A stretch of DNA of 21,859 nucleotides. It comes from Bacteroidia bacterium (GTDB lineage Bacteria; Bacteroidota; Bacteroidia; Bacteroidales; VadinHA17). The notes beneath the pieces were generated by a model. The model was given only the letters and a program-made list of their open reading frames with translations, was not told the origin of the DNA and searched no databases. A program made the translations under genes and the position numbers. The stretch lies in contig JAPLDX010000054.1 of the NCBI GenBank assembly GCA_026391215.1, positions 1 through 21,859 on the forward strand, in the 5' to 3' direction. Within the stretch, counting starts at the first letter, position 1. Each line of letters starts with the position of its first letter. Positions 1-7,642 of this stretch are shown here, piece by piece.

Positions 1-105
1 AATGAACGAGATGAGAAAAGTGATATCCCCGGCCGGAATATTGTCAAAACTCTATATCTGCCTGATAATCAGTCAAATTTCAGTCAGGGGTATAGGGGGG
101 GGTAA
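1..105 (+). CDS. Possible 3' end of a gene entering from the left (frame +1, ...NQSNFSQGYRGG*)
   Basis: Frame +1 is open from base 1 to TAA at 103-105, which ends inside the G-run/TAAATCTC motif. No recognisable domain in these 34 aa. Confidence 0.3.
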   Translation, partial: NERDEKSDIPGRNIVKTLYLPDNQSNFSQGYRGG

Positions 106-180
106 ATCTCACGGGCGAAAGTCGCTGAGACCGTTAGTCCCATCTTCGTGTGCCGCTGTCAAAATTCAAGGTAGGGGTAT
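87..180 (+). other. Phage cos/packaging-site-like motif
   Basis: G8(95-102)-TAAATCTC-N18-GACCG(129-133)-TTAGTCCC...AAAATTC(161-167). From recall, this resembles the segment between the HNH and terS genes of 3'-cos phages. Not verified by search. Confidence 0.45.
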
Positions 181-358
181 AAACATTATATCAATAGTTA
201 ACCAGAACAGGATCCCTGATTACAATAGTAAGTTATCCGGAGCACATGGAATAAAGGGGGCATAACAAGTTATTAACAGGCATCTTGTTAATAAATCCAT
301 GTCAAAGTTTAGAAATGTGAATCGATCTAGTTCTTACCCTAATTTATACCCAGAGCAA

Positions 359-392
359 TAAAAAAGCCTGTAATTAATTGATTTACAGGCTA
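359..392 (-). terminator. Intrinsic terminator downstream of tRNA-Lys, with IHF-like core
   Basis: Minus strand reads AGCCTGTAA-ATCAATTAA-TTACAGGCT followed by a T-run. It contains AATCAATTAATTA, which matches WATCAANNNNTTR. Confidence 0.75.
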
Positions 393-395
393 TCG

Positions 396-471
396 TGGTG
401 ATCTAGCTGGGATTCGAACCCAGGACCCCATCCTTAAAAGGGATGTGCTCTACCAGCTGAGCTACTAAATC
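396..471 (-). tRNA. tRNA-Lys (anticodon UUU), CCA encoded
   Basis: Reverse complement is GATTTAGTAGCTCAGCTGGTAGAGCACATCCCTTTTAAGGATGGGGTCCTGGGTTCGAATCCCAGCTAGATCACCA (76 nt). Acceptor stem GATTTAG/CTAGATC, anticodon stem CATCC/GGATG with loop CTTTTAA, T-loop TTCGAAT. Confidence 0.97.
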
Positions 472-492
472 TTCGCTATTTTTTTGCGTGTG

Positions 493-523
493 CAAATGTA
501 TAATAATTTTAATTTATTGCAAA
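493..523 (-). promoter_or_regulatory. Bacteroidota housekeeping promoter for tRNA-Lys
   Basis: Minus strand TTTG (523-520)-N19-TACATTTG (500-493) matches the -33 TTTG / -7 TAnnTTTG consensus. Confidence 0.8.
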
Positions 524-545
524 GTTAAAATGCTTTTTTTACCCA

Positions 546-3500
546 TTATAAATTGAAACCTGATATCTCAACACCAGGCTTTTCTCCTCTTGTATCTTTA
601 TCGAAAAGCTTCATTGTAATAACCTTTTCTTCACCCGGCATCAGCGATACATAGTTATCACTGAAGAATACCGGAAGGATGCGTTCGCCACTCTTTTTAC
701 CAGTGACTTTCAATCGCACCATCAAAGCCGGGATTGCTGAAGTATTTTTCAGAGTGGTTGTCAGCAACCACTCATCCCCTGATTTAGAAATTTTTGTACT
801 GTTTTCAATATTAGCATCCGGCAGATCGCGGAGCGCCTGGTAATTGCCGTTTTCAAGTCCGCGCCAGTAGAAGTTCTCAGATATGATCCTGTCACCTTCT
901 TTCAAAGTCAGCTTTATGAAATGCACAGATGACAGAGTTTTCGGCCATTCAAGCCTGAAGCATTTTACAGTCGCATCTTCCGGACAATCCAGCCCTGTTT
1001 CCTTTTCCCACTGAATTGAACCATCCATGTTAAACACCTGAGCCTTTGCTGTTAATCCCACCCTGTTTCCGCCGTTATAGTTTACTACTTCAACAGAGTC
1101 GCAACCTTTAAAGTCCCATATAGGATTCCATTGAATATGAATTGGTTCAGATGCCTTCTTGCAGCCAAAATAGGCTGCCGTTGGGTCAAAGTAGTAATCG
1201 TATGTCTGCCAGACCATTGATGGCCAGCAGGAATGGCTCATCCATAAGATCATTCCCTGTCTGTAAGTGCTTCGTCCTTCAAATATTGCACGGTATCCGT
1301 CATAATTAATCCACTGTGCAAGTTCAGTGAATTCCTTAGCATCCTTTGGCTTGCCAAAGCCTTTTTCGATCATTGCGTTAAATGTTGCAGCTCTCTGTGC
1401 GCCCTCTAAAGTATAATCATGCATGCCCCACAAGCTGCTTTGCGGCCAGATAAGGGGTTCGGGAATAGTCTGCACAAGGCTTTCATAATTCATGACATTT
1501 GGCATTCCTCTCTCGCTGTGAAATTTATTATTGCCGTACAGGAGGAAATAGTCCCTTGGCGGGAGCGCGCTGTAAGGGCCTCCTCCGCTGACAACTCCCA
1601 TCGATGAATGCGATATATAATGAATGCCGGGATGTATCTCGGGAAGCATGGCACGTAATGCCGTATCAATCACTTCAGGTGGATTTCCTTCATTCCTTCC
1701 GCAATACAGACCAATGGATGGATGGTTCCTTATCCGTTTGACAAAATCTTCTGCATTTTCCATGAACATATCCGGATCATTGGGATTGGGACCATCAACA
1801 GGATTGGCAAGCCAGAAATCCTGCCATACCATTACTCCGTGCCGGTCACAGGCTTCATAGAACTCATCATCGCCGGTCTGCCCTACCCAGTTGCGTATCA
1901 TTGTGAAGTTCATATCGGCATGATATGCAACGGCTATGTCATACTCGCGTCCGCGGTATTCCAGATTAGATTCCGGGAAACCCCAGTTTCCGCCCCGTCC
2001 GATGAAACGTCTGCCGTTAATATAAATATTCAGAATATCATCGTCTTCAGTAAAGGTCATCTCTCTGACACCCGATTTAAATGACGTTTTATCAGATATA
2101 TCTCCCTTAGTTGTTCTGAACATGAGTTCAACATCATACAAATTCTGTTCACCATAACCTTTTGGCCACCATAGCTTTGGATTAATTAAATGCAACCCGG
2201 GATTTGTTGAAGGACTCAAATTCACTATCATGGATTCAGAAGGCCCCAGGGATATTTCTTTCTTAAACTCAATATCACCGTACTTCCCTTCGAGGAATCC
2301 GCTAATTGTATCCGCTTTATGATTACGGAGAGTAACTTCTATATTAATATCAACTTCACTGGTATCGGGCAATGCAAGGTCAGTGAGAATGAACGGGTCT
2401 TCAATTGTCACGGGACCGGTAACACAAAGGTAAACATCATTCCAGATACCTATATTCCTGCCCCTGATCGTCGGTATCCAGTCCCAGCCGACTGAAGCAT
2501 GGTATGTAGGATTATCTGCACCCAGGACACCGCCGTTCTTATCAGTACTGATTGCAGTTTTTTCCTTAATTACACCTATATTATCATTCTTAATTATCAG
2601 GACTGCAATCGTATTCTTCTGTCCTGGCTTGATAAGATCAGTCACATCAAATTTTCCCCGGATAAATCCTCCTTCAATTCTTCCTTCCTTTTTACCATTT
2701 ACATAGACATCGGCTTTCCAGTTAATACCATCAAAGTTCAGGGATAATTGTTCCCCGGTAAAATCAGACGGCACCTCAAATTCATTCCTGTACCAGAAAT
2801 CGGACCAGAAGAAGGATTCGGAGATCATCAGCTGGTTATCATTATAATTTGGATCAGGTAAAGCCCCTGCATTCCAGTAACTTACAAGAGCAGTTCCCGG
2901 AACTGTGGCAACCGTCCAGTCATCAGTGGAAAAACCATTCAGAGAAATATCCTCACCTGCTGAAGATACCTCAGAAGCCCTTTGGATCTTCCAGTTTCCG
3001 CCACTCAGATAAATCCGGTTGTCTTTTACTGCAGGGCTCTTTTTTGGCTTAGGCACCAGACCTCCGGTTCCAAATACCTCAATTTCACTAAGAATGTATT
3101 TACTCCCTGAAACGGGCGCGGTCATCAATAAGCGCACATAGCGGCCGTTTGCCTTTTCTTTAAGAGATATATTATCAATCAAACCATCATCGCCGGGAAG
3201 AGCTGCAATCTCATTCCAATTCTGACTATCGTCAGATACCTGGATAGATCCTTTTATTGCCTTATTGATCCAGTACAGCTTTATCTGATCGAAAGAGGAT
3301 TTTGCTCCAAGGTCCACATAAATCCATTCACTACCTGTCGCTGAACTCATCCATGCACTTGTAAAACTATGGGATGGTGCTATTTTCAACCGGATGTCGT
3401 CTTTAAAGAGGTCCATATCACCAAAAGTCCATCGATTGACGCAGTGAGCCGAGAGGCTGATCCTGTAGAAATTGTAAGCTACCGGTTCCCTGAATCCAAA

Positions 3501-4241
3501 TGAATGGTTAATCAGCCTCGTGGGTTCAGGCATTCCGAAGTTAAATGAAAAAGAGGGTCGGGGAGCTGTTGAATCAACCGGGCCAAACATGTTTGCAAAT
3601 GGATTTGCTGGACGGCGTCTTGCCGTTCCCCTGCGTTGTGGCCCGGCATTTAAAAACATAGCAAAAGGATTAGGCCTCTCCTGCCCCGGCAAACCGAATC
3701 CCCTGGTTCTTCCAAGCTCATTCCAGGTTACACCATCATTTGATCCTGAGCAGATAAACTCCCATCCTCCGGGCTTCTTATCATCGTAAGTCATACTGCC
3801 GGAGAGAGCTAAACTTGATATTTTGGTACTTTCAGATCCATGGTTCATTTCAAGCTGAATCCAGATATCTGACCCGTTAATGCTCATTTCCGTCACGCTG
3901 TTATGATCGAAAAGCCATTCACGTTCATTTCTTGGAACTACACCTGTATTTGTTGTAAGCGAAATAAAGTCAGGCATCTTATCTGTGATAATGCCATCGG
4001 TAACAAGCTGGGCAGTAAGGTTATAATCATAGCTTGAGGAATTCCACGCAGGCCTCTGTCTGGCCAGGTTACGGTAATTTTCATTATCTGTCACAAGTGC
4101 CGGCGAAAAATCTTCAGCCTGATCGCCAGGATAAATGCCTACACCGCGTGTGAAGTTGTCAGCTTTCTGGCTGCAACCTGAAAGCAGAAACAATACAGAT
4201 GCTACTCCTGATAAAAATAGGAGTGAATGATTTTTCTTCAT
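546..4241 (-). CDS. Lipoprotein glycoside hydrolase family 2 (beta-mannosidase-like) with N-terminal discoidin/F5-8 type C domains
   Basis: Lipobox LLSG-C. Discoidin motifs (WIYVDLG, SNDGVTW, GRYVRL). GH2 motifs FDGINWKADVYVNG, GWDW, GIWNDV, RGGNWG, WQDFW, RNHPSIGLYCGRNE (acid/base Glu) and FHSERG (nucleophile Glu). Confidence 0.9.
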   Translation of the reverse strand: MKKNHSLLFLSGVASVLFLLSGCSQKADNFTRGVGIYPGDQAEDFSPALVTDNENYRNLARQRPAWNSSSYDYNLTAQLVTDGIITDKMPDFISLTTNTGVVPRNEREWLFDHNSVTEMSINGSDIWIQLEMNHGSESTKISSLALSGSMTYDDKKPGGWEFICSGSNDGVTWNELGRTRGFGLPGQERPNPFAMFLNAGPQRRGTARRRPANPFANMFGPVDSTAPRPSFSFNFGMPEPTRLINHSFGFREPVAYNFYRISLSAHCVNRWTFGDMDLFKDDIRLKIAPSHSFTSAWMSSATGSEWIYVDLGAKSSFDQIKLYWINKAIKGSIQVSDDSQNWNEIAALPGDDGLIDNISLKEKANGRYVRLLMTAPVSGSKYILSEIEVFGTGGLVPKPKKSPAVKDNRIYLSGGNWKIQRASEVSSAGEDISLNGFSTDDWTVATVPGTALVSYWNAGALPDPNYNDNQLMISESFFWSDFWYRNEFEVPSDFTGEQLSLNFDGINWKADVYVNGKKEGRIEGGFIRGKFDVTDLIKPGQKNTIAVLIIKNDNIGVIKEKTAISTDKNGGVLGADNPTYHASVGWDWIPTIRGRNIGIWNDVYLCVTGPVTIEDPFILTDLALPDTSEVDINIEVTLRNHKADTISGFLEGKYGDIEFKKEISLGPSESMIVNLSPSTNPGLHLINPKLWWPKGYGEQNLYDVELMFRTTKGDISDKTSFKSGVREMTFTEDDDILNIYINGRRFIGRGGNWGFPESNLEYRGREYDIAVAYHADMNFTMIRNWVGQTGDDEFYEACDRHGVMVWQDFWLANPVDGPNPNDPDMFMENAEDFVKRIRNHPSIGLYCGRNEGNPPEVIDTALRAMLPEIHPGIHYISHSSMGVVSGGGPYSALPPRDYFLLYGNNKFHSERGMPNVMNYESLVQTIPEPLIWPQSSLWGMHDYTLEGAQRAATFNAMIEKGFGKPKDAKEFTELAQWINYDGYRAIFEGRSTYRQGMILWMSHSCWPSMVWQTYDYYFDPTAAYFGCKKASEPIHIQWNPIWDFKGCDSVEVVNYNGGNRVGLTAKAQVFNMDGSIQWEKETGLDCPEDATVKCFRLEWPKTLSSVHFIKLTLKEGDRIISENFYWRGLENGNYQALRDLPDANIENSTKISKSGDEWLLTTTLKNTSAIPALMVRLKVTGKKSGERILPVFFSDNYVSLMPGEEKVITMKLFDKDTRGEKPGVEISGFNL

Positions 4242-4256
4242 AGAGATAAATTGTAA

Positions 4257-4727
4257 TTATTTGGACAGTACGGGTATTTGCCTGTTAATTGATTCTTCGA
4301 GAGAAATGAGGGTTTCCGTGCGAAGGATCCCCGGAATATTCTGTATCCTGTCAGTCAGAATAACTTTCAGGTGTTCATTATCCCTAGTATAGACTTTAAT
4401 GAACAGAGAATAATTGCCTGTGGTATAATGACATTCAATTATTTCGGGAATTTCCTTGAGTTTCTTAACAACCTCGCGGAAATGGCCGGGGTGTTCAAGA
4501 AAAATACCTATATAGGCACATGTTTTAAATCCCACAAGTACAGGATCAACCTTAAATTCTGACCCCTTTATGATACCAATGCGTATAAGTCTCTGTACAC
4601 GTTGATGAATTGCTGCTCCTGAAACACCGCATTCCCTTGCTACTTCAAGGTATGGTATCCTGGCATTCTTTGTAATGATATCCAGGATCTTCCTGTCGAG
4701 ATTATCGATCTGCAAACTATCTGACAT
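4257..4727 (-). CDS. asnC: Lrp/AsnC family transcriptional regulator
   Basis: IDNLDRKIL...ARIPYLEVARECGVSGAAIHQRVQRL HTH, and C-terminal RAM domain (ECHYTTGNYSLFIK, RTETLISLE). Confidence 0.9.
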   Translation of the reverse strand: MSDSLQIDNLDRKILDIITKNARIPYLEVARECGVSGAAIHQRVQRLIRIGIIKGSEFKVDPVLVGFKTCAYIGIFLEHPGHFREVVKKLKEIPEIIECHYTTGNYSLFIKVYTRDNEHLKVILTDRIQNIPGILRTETLISLEESINRQIPVLSK

Positions 4728-4871
4728 TACTATAAGATTTGATTAATAAAATGAAATATTCTATTGAAATTGCTGAAAAAAATCAAGCAAAAGATAGCTA
4801 TAAATATCCAAAATAACAAAATACCAAGCAACAATGATGAAATGGCGGGAAATAATCAGTGAAACTCCGGA

Positions 4872-5789
4872 TCAAAGGTCTCTATTGATATAACCTATAA
4901 TATCCTTAATATCGGAAAATCCCTTGCTATCAAGGTAATTCTCAATGCCTTCCAGAATTTTCAATGAAGCCTGTGGATCAATGAAAGATGCTGTTCCCAC
5001 CTGTATGGCTGAGGCTCCGGCCAGAAAAAACTCAATTGCGGAATCTGCAGTGGTAATTCCTCCAACGCCTATTACCGGGATCTTTACGGCTTTGGCAACC
5101 TGCCACACCATTCTCAGTGCGACGGGCTTAATTGCAGGACCTGAAAGACCGCCCGTAACCGTAGAGAGTGAGGGCCTCATATTCTTTATATCGACCGACA
5201 TTCCCACCAGAGTGTTAATTAAAGAAACGGAGTCTGCACCTTCCTCCTCTACAATACGTGCAAAATCAATAATATTTGTAACGTTGGGCGAAAGCTTGAC
5301 TATAAGCTTCTTTTTACAGACGCTCCTTACAGCTTTAGTTACTTCACGCGTTGAAGCCGGATTAATGCCGAATGTCATTCCTCCCATTTTTACATTCGGA
5401 CATGAGATATTAAGCTCAATGGCGGGAATTCTTCTTAAAGAGTTGATCCTTTCGGCCAGGGCAACATAATCGTCAATGCAGCTGCCGTTTATATTTACTA
5501 TAACATTGGTATTGTATTCTTGTAAATGAGGATAGATGTTATCCACAAAGTAATCTATTCCCTTATTCTGGAGGCCTACAGCATTAAGCATACCTGACGG
5601 GGTCTCTGCCATCCTGGGATAAGGATTACCTTCTCTGGGCTCAAGGGTTGTTCCTTTAACAATAATACCTCCCAGCCGGGAAACATCAATAAAATCATCA
5701 AATTCGGAACCATACCCAAATGTCCCTGAGGCTGCCAGCACAGGATTTTTAAAATGAAGGTTTCCTATTTTAAAATCAAGCTTTACCAT
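4872..5789 (-). CDS. pyrD: Dihydroorotate dehydrogenase class 1B, catalytic subunit
   Basis: [38 protein letters not shown] and [10 protein letters not shown]. Overlaps the pyrK stop codon (ATGGTAA). Confidence 0.95.
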   Translation of the reverse strand: MVKLDFKIGNLHFKNPVLAASGTFGYGSEFDDFIDVSRLGGIIVKGTTLEPREGNPYPRMAETPSGMLNAVGLQNKGIDYFVDNIYPHLQEYNTNVIVNINGSCIDDYVALAERINSLRRIPAIELNISCPNVKMGGMTFGINPASTREVTKAVRSVCKKKLIVKLSPNVTNIIDFARIVEEEGADSVSLINTLVGMSVDIKNMRPSLSTVTGGLSGPAIKPVALRMVWQVAKAVKIPVIGVGGITTADSAIEFFLAGASAIQVGTASFIDPQASLKILEGIENYLDSKGFSDIKDIIGYINRDL

Positions 5790-6550
5790 TTCAGATCATT
5801 TATATTGAAAACAGGTCCCTCTGTACAAGTACAGAGATTGCCTCTGACAGTCTCCACAACGCAGCAGAGGCAGACTCCTATACCACATCCCATAAGGTTT
5901 TCCAGTGAGACTTCGCATTCAATATCTTTTCCCCTGCAGTATGCTCCCACTGCTCGCATCATAAGTTCAGGTCCACAGCAATATACTTTGTCATATTCTG
6001 TTGATGAGAGAGCCGTATGATCCGTTACGAAGCCCTTTTCTCCGCGTGATCCGTCCTCAGTGGTCAGAAACACTCTTCCAATCTTCAGGTATTCATCATA
6101 TTCAATTACTCTTTCGCTGTTCCGGAAACCAAGCAGAATGTCAGGATTGAAGCCGTTGGCCTTCAGCTGCTTCCCAAGAAACAATAATGGTGCTACTCCG
6201 CAGCCGCCTCCGACCAAAAGTACCTTTTTCTTCTCATCCGGAAGATTAAATGAGTTGCCCAGAGGATAAATTATGTTCAGAATATTCCCTGTCTTCAGCA
6301 ATGACAGGGCTTCGGTACCCTTGCCAGCTATTTGAATCAGGAGCTTAAAAGTATTCTCACCATAATTCACATCATGTATTGAGAATGGTCTGCGCAAAAA
6401 GGTTTCCGGACTATCTTCAACTTTTATCTCTGCAAACTGACCAGGTTTCATTTCCGGTAGTTTCTCCTTCCCGGATAACTCAAGAATAAATAAATCCTTA
6501 TTAAGACGCTGATTATTAATTATTTTAAGGGATTCTATGCGCTTTGCCAT
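5783..6550 (-). CDS. pyrK: Dihydroorotate dehydrogenase electron transfer subunit
   Basis: PGQF, RRPFS (FAD), GGGCGVAP (NAD), CGP, and the 2Fe-2S motif [11 protein letters not shown]...CTEGPVF. Translationally coupled to pyrD. Confidence 0.95.
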   Translation of the reverse strand: MAKRIESLKIINNQRLNKDLFILELSGKEKLPEMKPGQFAEIKVEDSPETFLRRPFSIHDVNYGENTFKLLIQIAGKGTEALSLLKTGNILNIIYPLGNSFNLPDEKKKVLLVGGGCGVAPLLFLGKQLKANGFNPDILLGFRNSERVIEYDEYLKIGRVFLTTEDGSRGEKGFVTDHTALSSTEYDKVYCCGPELMMRAVGAYCRGKDIECEVSLENLMGCGIGVCLCCVVETVRGNLCTCTEGPVFNINDLKW

Positions 6551-6642
6551 TAAAGGTAATTTGCCGTAAATATAATTTTATTAGAGCAAATTTTGAAATT
6601 ATCAGACATATTTCCCGAAGTGACCTGACCAATCATTTATCT

Positions 6643-7065
6643 CTACTCTTCCGGTATAAATTCACGGAAGCAGTTATCAGAGAAGAACCATACTATTTTT
6701 TGAACTCTTGTTGCTCTTCTTTTCCCCTTCAATTCAAAATCTTTTGGATTATCTTCACTTTTTTCATTCCCGTAGTCTCTAATATCCTGTTTTTCAGTTA
6801 TTTCAACACTATTGTCAGATTTGACTGATTCATTGAACAGTGTTTGCATTGAAGGCTCCTTATACATATCGCCCTTACCGAATAAAAGCCAGTCAGTTGA
6901 CAGGAATGGATATTTTTCAAGCATTTTTATTACAAAATCAAGGCTTGGTTTATTACGTCCTGAAAGAATATGTGATATACCTGAAGGCTGAACCCCGATC
7001 TCTTCTGCAAGCTGTGCAGATGTTTTATTTTCAGATTTAAGAAATTCAATTATTCTGGTTTTCAT
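6643..7065 (-). CDS. XRE/cI-like helix-turn-helix DNA-binding protein
   Basis: SAQLAEEIGVQPSGISHILSGRNKPSLDF...DWLLFGKG HTH, then a charged linker and a short C-terminal motif KIVWFFSDNCFREF. Confidence 0.9.
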   Translation of the reverse strand: MKTRIIEFLKSENKTSAQLAEEIGVQPSGISHILSGRNKPSLDFVIKMLEKYPFLSTDWLLFGKGDMYKEPSMQTLFNESVKSDNSVEITEKQDIRDYGNEKSEDNPKDFELKGKRRATRVQKIVWFFSDNCFREFIPEE

Positions 7066-7082
7066 AGCAGATATATTCTCAA

Positions 7083-7140
7083 TTACAAATGTAAATCATT
7101 TAATAATTACATGTGTAAATATATTGAAATACATCTGTAA
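7083..7140. promoter_or_regulatory. Palindrome cluster A: three TTACA-N2-TGTAA boxes, overlapping the XRE gene promoter
   Basis: TTACAAATGTAA 7083-7094, TTACATGTGTAA 7107-7118, ATACATCTGTAA 7129-7140. Box 1 contains minus-strand TACATTTG (7093-7086), the -7 consensus. Confidence 0.75.
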
Positions 7141-7157
7141 TGTCACTGTGATAACAA

Positions 7158-7243
7158 TAATCTGGATAATTTGACAAATTCTCTATGTATTTGATACATA
7201 GCTATTTAAATTATATATATATATCATGTATTTATCCAGATTA
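7158..7243. repeat. 12-bp inverted repeat (DnaA-box-like) flanking a palindrome and a (TA)n tract
   Basis: TAATCTGGATAA 7158-7169 and TTATCCAGATTA 7232-7243. Internal palindrome CTATGTAT-TTG-ATACATAG at 7183-7201, and TATATATATATAT at about 7212-7224. Confidence 0.6.
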
Positions 7244-7409
7244 GAAGCGTATTTAACTGGTGTATAATGTATTATGATTAATTTCTAAATTGATATCCAA
7301 TTATATCTAAATCTGAAGCCTGTTTTTTACTACTATTGTGTCATATAAGTGAGACATTTTAATTGATTAAGTGTAACTTATGAATATATAAAAAAATATC
7401 TACTTTCGT

Positions 7410-7492
7410 TTACATGTGTAATGCCAATTATGCCTTATTTTAATTACAATTGTACATTATTCACATAGATACGCTGGTTTACAATTGTAAAC
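7410..7492. promoter_or_regulatory. Palindrome cluster B: three TTACA-N2-TGTAA boxes plus a DnaA-box match
   Basis: TTACATGTGTAA 7410-7421, TTACAATTGTAC 7444-7455, GTTTACAATTGTAAAC 7477-7492 (perfect 16-bp palindrome). TTATTCACA at 7457-7465 fits TTWTNCACA. Confidence 0.75.
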
Positions 7493-7642
7493 TCAAGTTT
7501 TTCTCTTATCCCGGAAGAAGTTATTCAATGGGCAGAGGTGTCCCCCACTCTATTACTTTAAATAAATCGGATATTTGGATGCTTACGGGAAGAATCAGGT
7601 GAATTTTTTATTCTGGGGGGGTTCAAAACAAGTTCAGAATAA

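Noticed and set aside
2-265. 87-aa + strand ORF
   Set aside because: No recognisable motif and it runs through G-runs and palindromes. Probably spurious.
317-330. GATCTAG matching the tRNA 3' acceptor strand
   Set aside because: Only 7 bp, too short to call an att duplication.
5539-5547. Perfect DnaA box TTATCCACA
   Set aside because: Isolated and inside the pyrD coding sequence, so compatible with chance.
7257-7282. dif-like sequence CTGGTGTATAA-TGTA-TTATGATTAAT
   Set aside because: The spacer is 4 bp rather than 6 bp, and the XerD arm deviates from TTATGTTAAAT.
7083-7492. Palindrome array as CRISPR or canonical parS
   Set aside because: The repeats are only 12 bp with irregular spacing and no cas genes. 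The sequence differs from parS (TGTTTCACGTGAAACA) and there is no parAB nearby.
7615-7622. Poly-G tract as a phase-variation site
   Set aside because: It lies downstream of a stop codon, not in an evident promoter or coding frame.
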